DNA from: Felis catus | Taxonomy: Eukaryota | Reading direction: 5' to 3' | DNA length: 64,000 nt | NCBI RefSeq assembly: GCF_018350175.1 | Contig: NC_058369.1 | Span: 27,096,001 to 27,160,000, forward strand | In this document: piece after piece, positions 62,520 through 64,000 of the stretch | Numbering within the stretch: the stretch's first letter is position 1 | Layout of the letters: each line of letters starts with the position of its first letter | The notes under the pieces: generated by a model | Seen by the model: only the letters and a program-made list of their open reading frames with translations | Database searches by the model: none | Told to the model about the DNA's origin: nothing | Position numbers and translations under genes: made by a program

Positions 62520-63075
62520 TAATTAATTAAACATAAATTAATGAGTATCTACTATGTACTAGGCACTGTTCTAGGCCCTAGAATAGAGAGGGGAACAAGA
62601 TCAAGTGCTTTCACTAATGGAATCTACACTCTAGGAGGTGTGATAGACAACAAGCAAGTCAACGCATAATATAAGTGATATGAAGAAAAAATGCAGCCAG
62701 CAAGCAGATAGAGTGCGACAGGGACTATTTTTGATGAGGTAGTGAGGATGAGCCTTTCCAAAGATAAGACATCTGAGTGAAGACTGAAGCTAGGCACAGG
62801 AAAAATTTGGAGAAAGAGTGTTCTAAGCAGAGGGAATCCTGAGGTGACAACATGTTGAGCATATTCTGGGAATAGCAGGGTCAGTGTTTTCTGAATCGGG
62901 ACAGAGAGTAGTAGGAAGTGAGGTGTGAAAGTGAGACTGGGGTCAGCTTCTGCAAGGCCTTAGGACTTCCCCAAGTGTGATGGGAAGGCTTCACAGGGTT
63001 ATAGTCAGAGACGGGAGGTCCTCTGATATATACATACTTTTATAAAGGATGTCCTGGCTATAGTAAGGAGAATCA
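62520..63075 (-). mobile_element. L2 3' fragment
   Basis: TGAGTATCTACTATGTACTAGGCACTGTTCTAGGC...GAACAAGA...GACATCTGAG...TTCTAAGCAGAGGGAA. Confidence 0.9.
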
Positions 63076-64000
63076 CCTGGAAGTTGGGGTGATGAATGAC
63101 AGGTTGTTATTGCAGGTAATGGGTAGAGCTGTGAGGAATAAGTCGAACTTCATTGGGATGGAGATGCACAAACACTAGGGATCCCGTTCTTAGGATGCTG
63201 GTGTACTAAGTGCTACTTTATATATTTCAGAGGCATATGTTGATAATTGGAGACCATTTTTTTTTTCAAATTGCACATTTGAATGGATTACCAAGACTGG
63301 GACTCAGAGAATCAGGTCATGATAAATTGCCAAAACTGGGATACGATGGGTGAGTGCATCTGATGTTATAAGGTAATTTGGTCAGGGACCCTAGAAATTC
63401 CAGAACCTGCCTTAGCCCAGCCAATTCTCTTCTCTGGGAAGAGATTCAAAGGAATAATGAGTTATGAGAAATAGTGACATGTAGAAAATAAGAGTGGCAC
63501 TGTATCATTAGCTGACCTTGTATTTAAAACTCCAGTGTACAGTCATTGGGTAAAATAATTGGCACAAGAGGCATGAAGTGAACATTAAAGTGGAAGGATT
63601 ATCTTCTTAGCCCCTGCCCATACCTTGCAATCTCATCACTGGAGATGAGAGGACCCCCTCACTAGAATGTTGGCTTCATAAAGACTGGGATCCTATCTTA
63701 TTCACATATTTCCATATTCCCAGAGATAGAACCTGGCGTCTAATGAGTGCTCAATATTCGTTGCATTCATCTATCCATCCACCCATTCAATAACTCCTTC
63801 TAACAATATCTTTGCCAGGCACTGGGATAGAGCAGGGAGGAAATATGGCCATTTGCATTCTGAATTAACAGTCACCATCAGAAACAGACTTTTCCCACTG
63901 TATGATGAGCTCTCGGGAGAGGAAGGACAGGTCCCTGTGGGAATGCATATGAAAGTTCCCTCATCCAGGGCTCTGGGGAGCCTTCCCAGAAGCAGTGGTG

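Noticed and set aside
1..64000. ORF track as protein-coding genes
   Set aside because: All are short (at most 170 aa), many have non-ATG starts, and none shows a recognisable cellular domain. The longest overlap SINEs, microsatellites, MIR or L1.

Overview
Mammalian, almost certainly felid (cat-family) nuclear DNA: 21 tRNA-derived Can-SINEs, several with the feline SINEC_Fc-type body, plus carnivore and ancient eutherian L1s. The window is AT-rich, CpG-depleted and non-coding. I find no credible protein-coding gene, RNA gene, CpG island or CRISPR-like array. The ORF track is explained by SINE, L1, microsatellite and chance ORFs. Content is mainly interspersed repeats (SINEC, L1, HAL1, L2, MIR, MER34-, MER21-, LTR41- and MLT1-like LTRs, hAT-type MER5, MER58, MER33, MER102), including a heavily nested block at about 39.5-54.3 kb. 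Repeat-free, motif-dense unique stretches (e.g. 5.4-6.4 kb, 8.5-10.1 kb) resemble conserved non-coding enhancers. I did not find a new biological system. The most notable items are structurally unusual SINEs, nested insertions, one very young SINE, inverted SINE pairs and two candidate + strand exons. Repeat subfamily names come from recalled consensus similarity, not a database search, and boundaries of old repeats are approximate.
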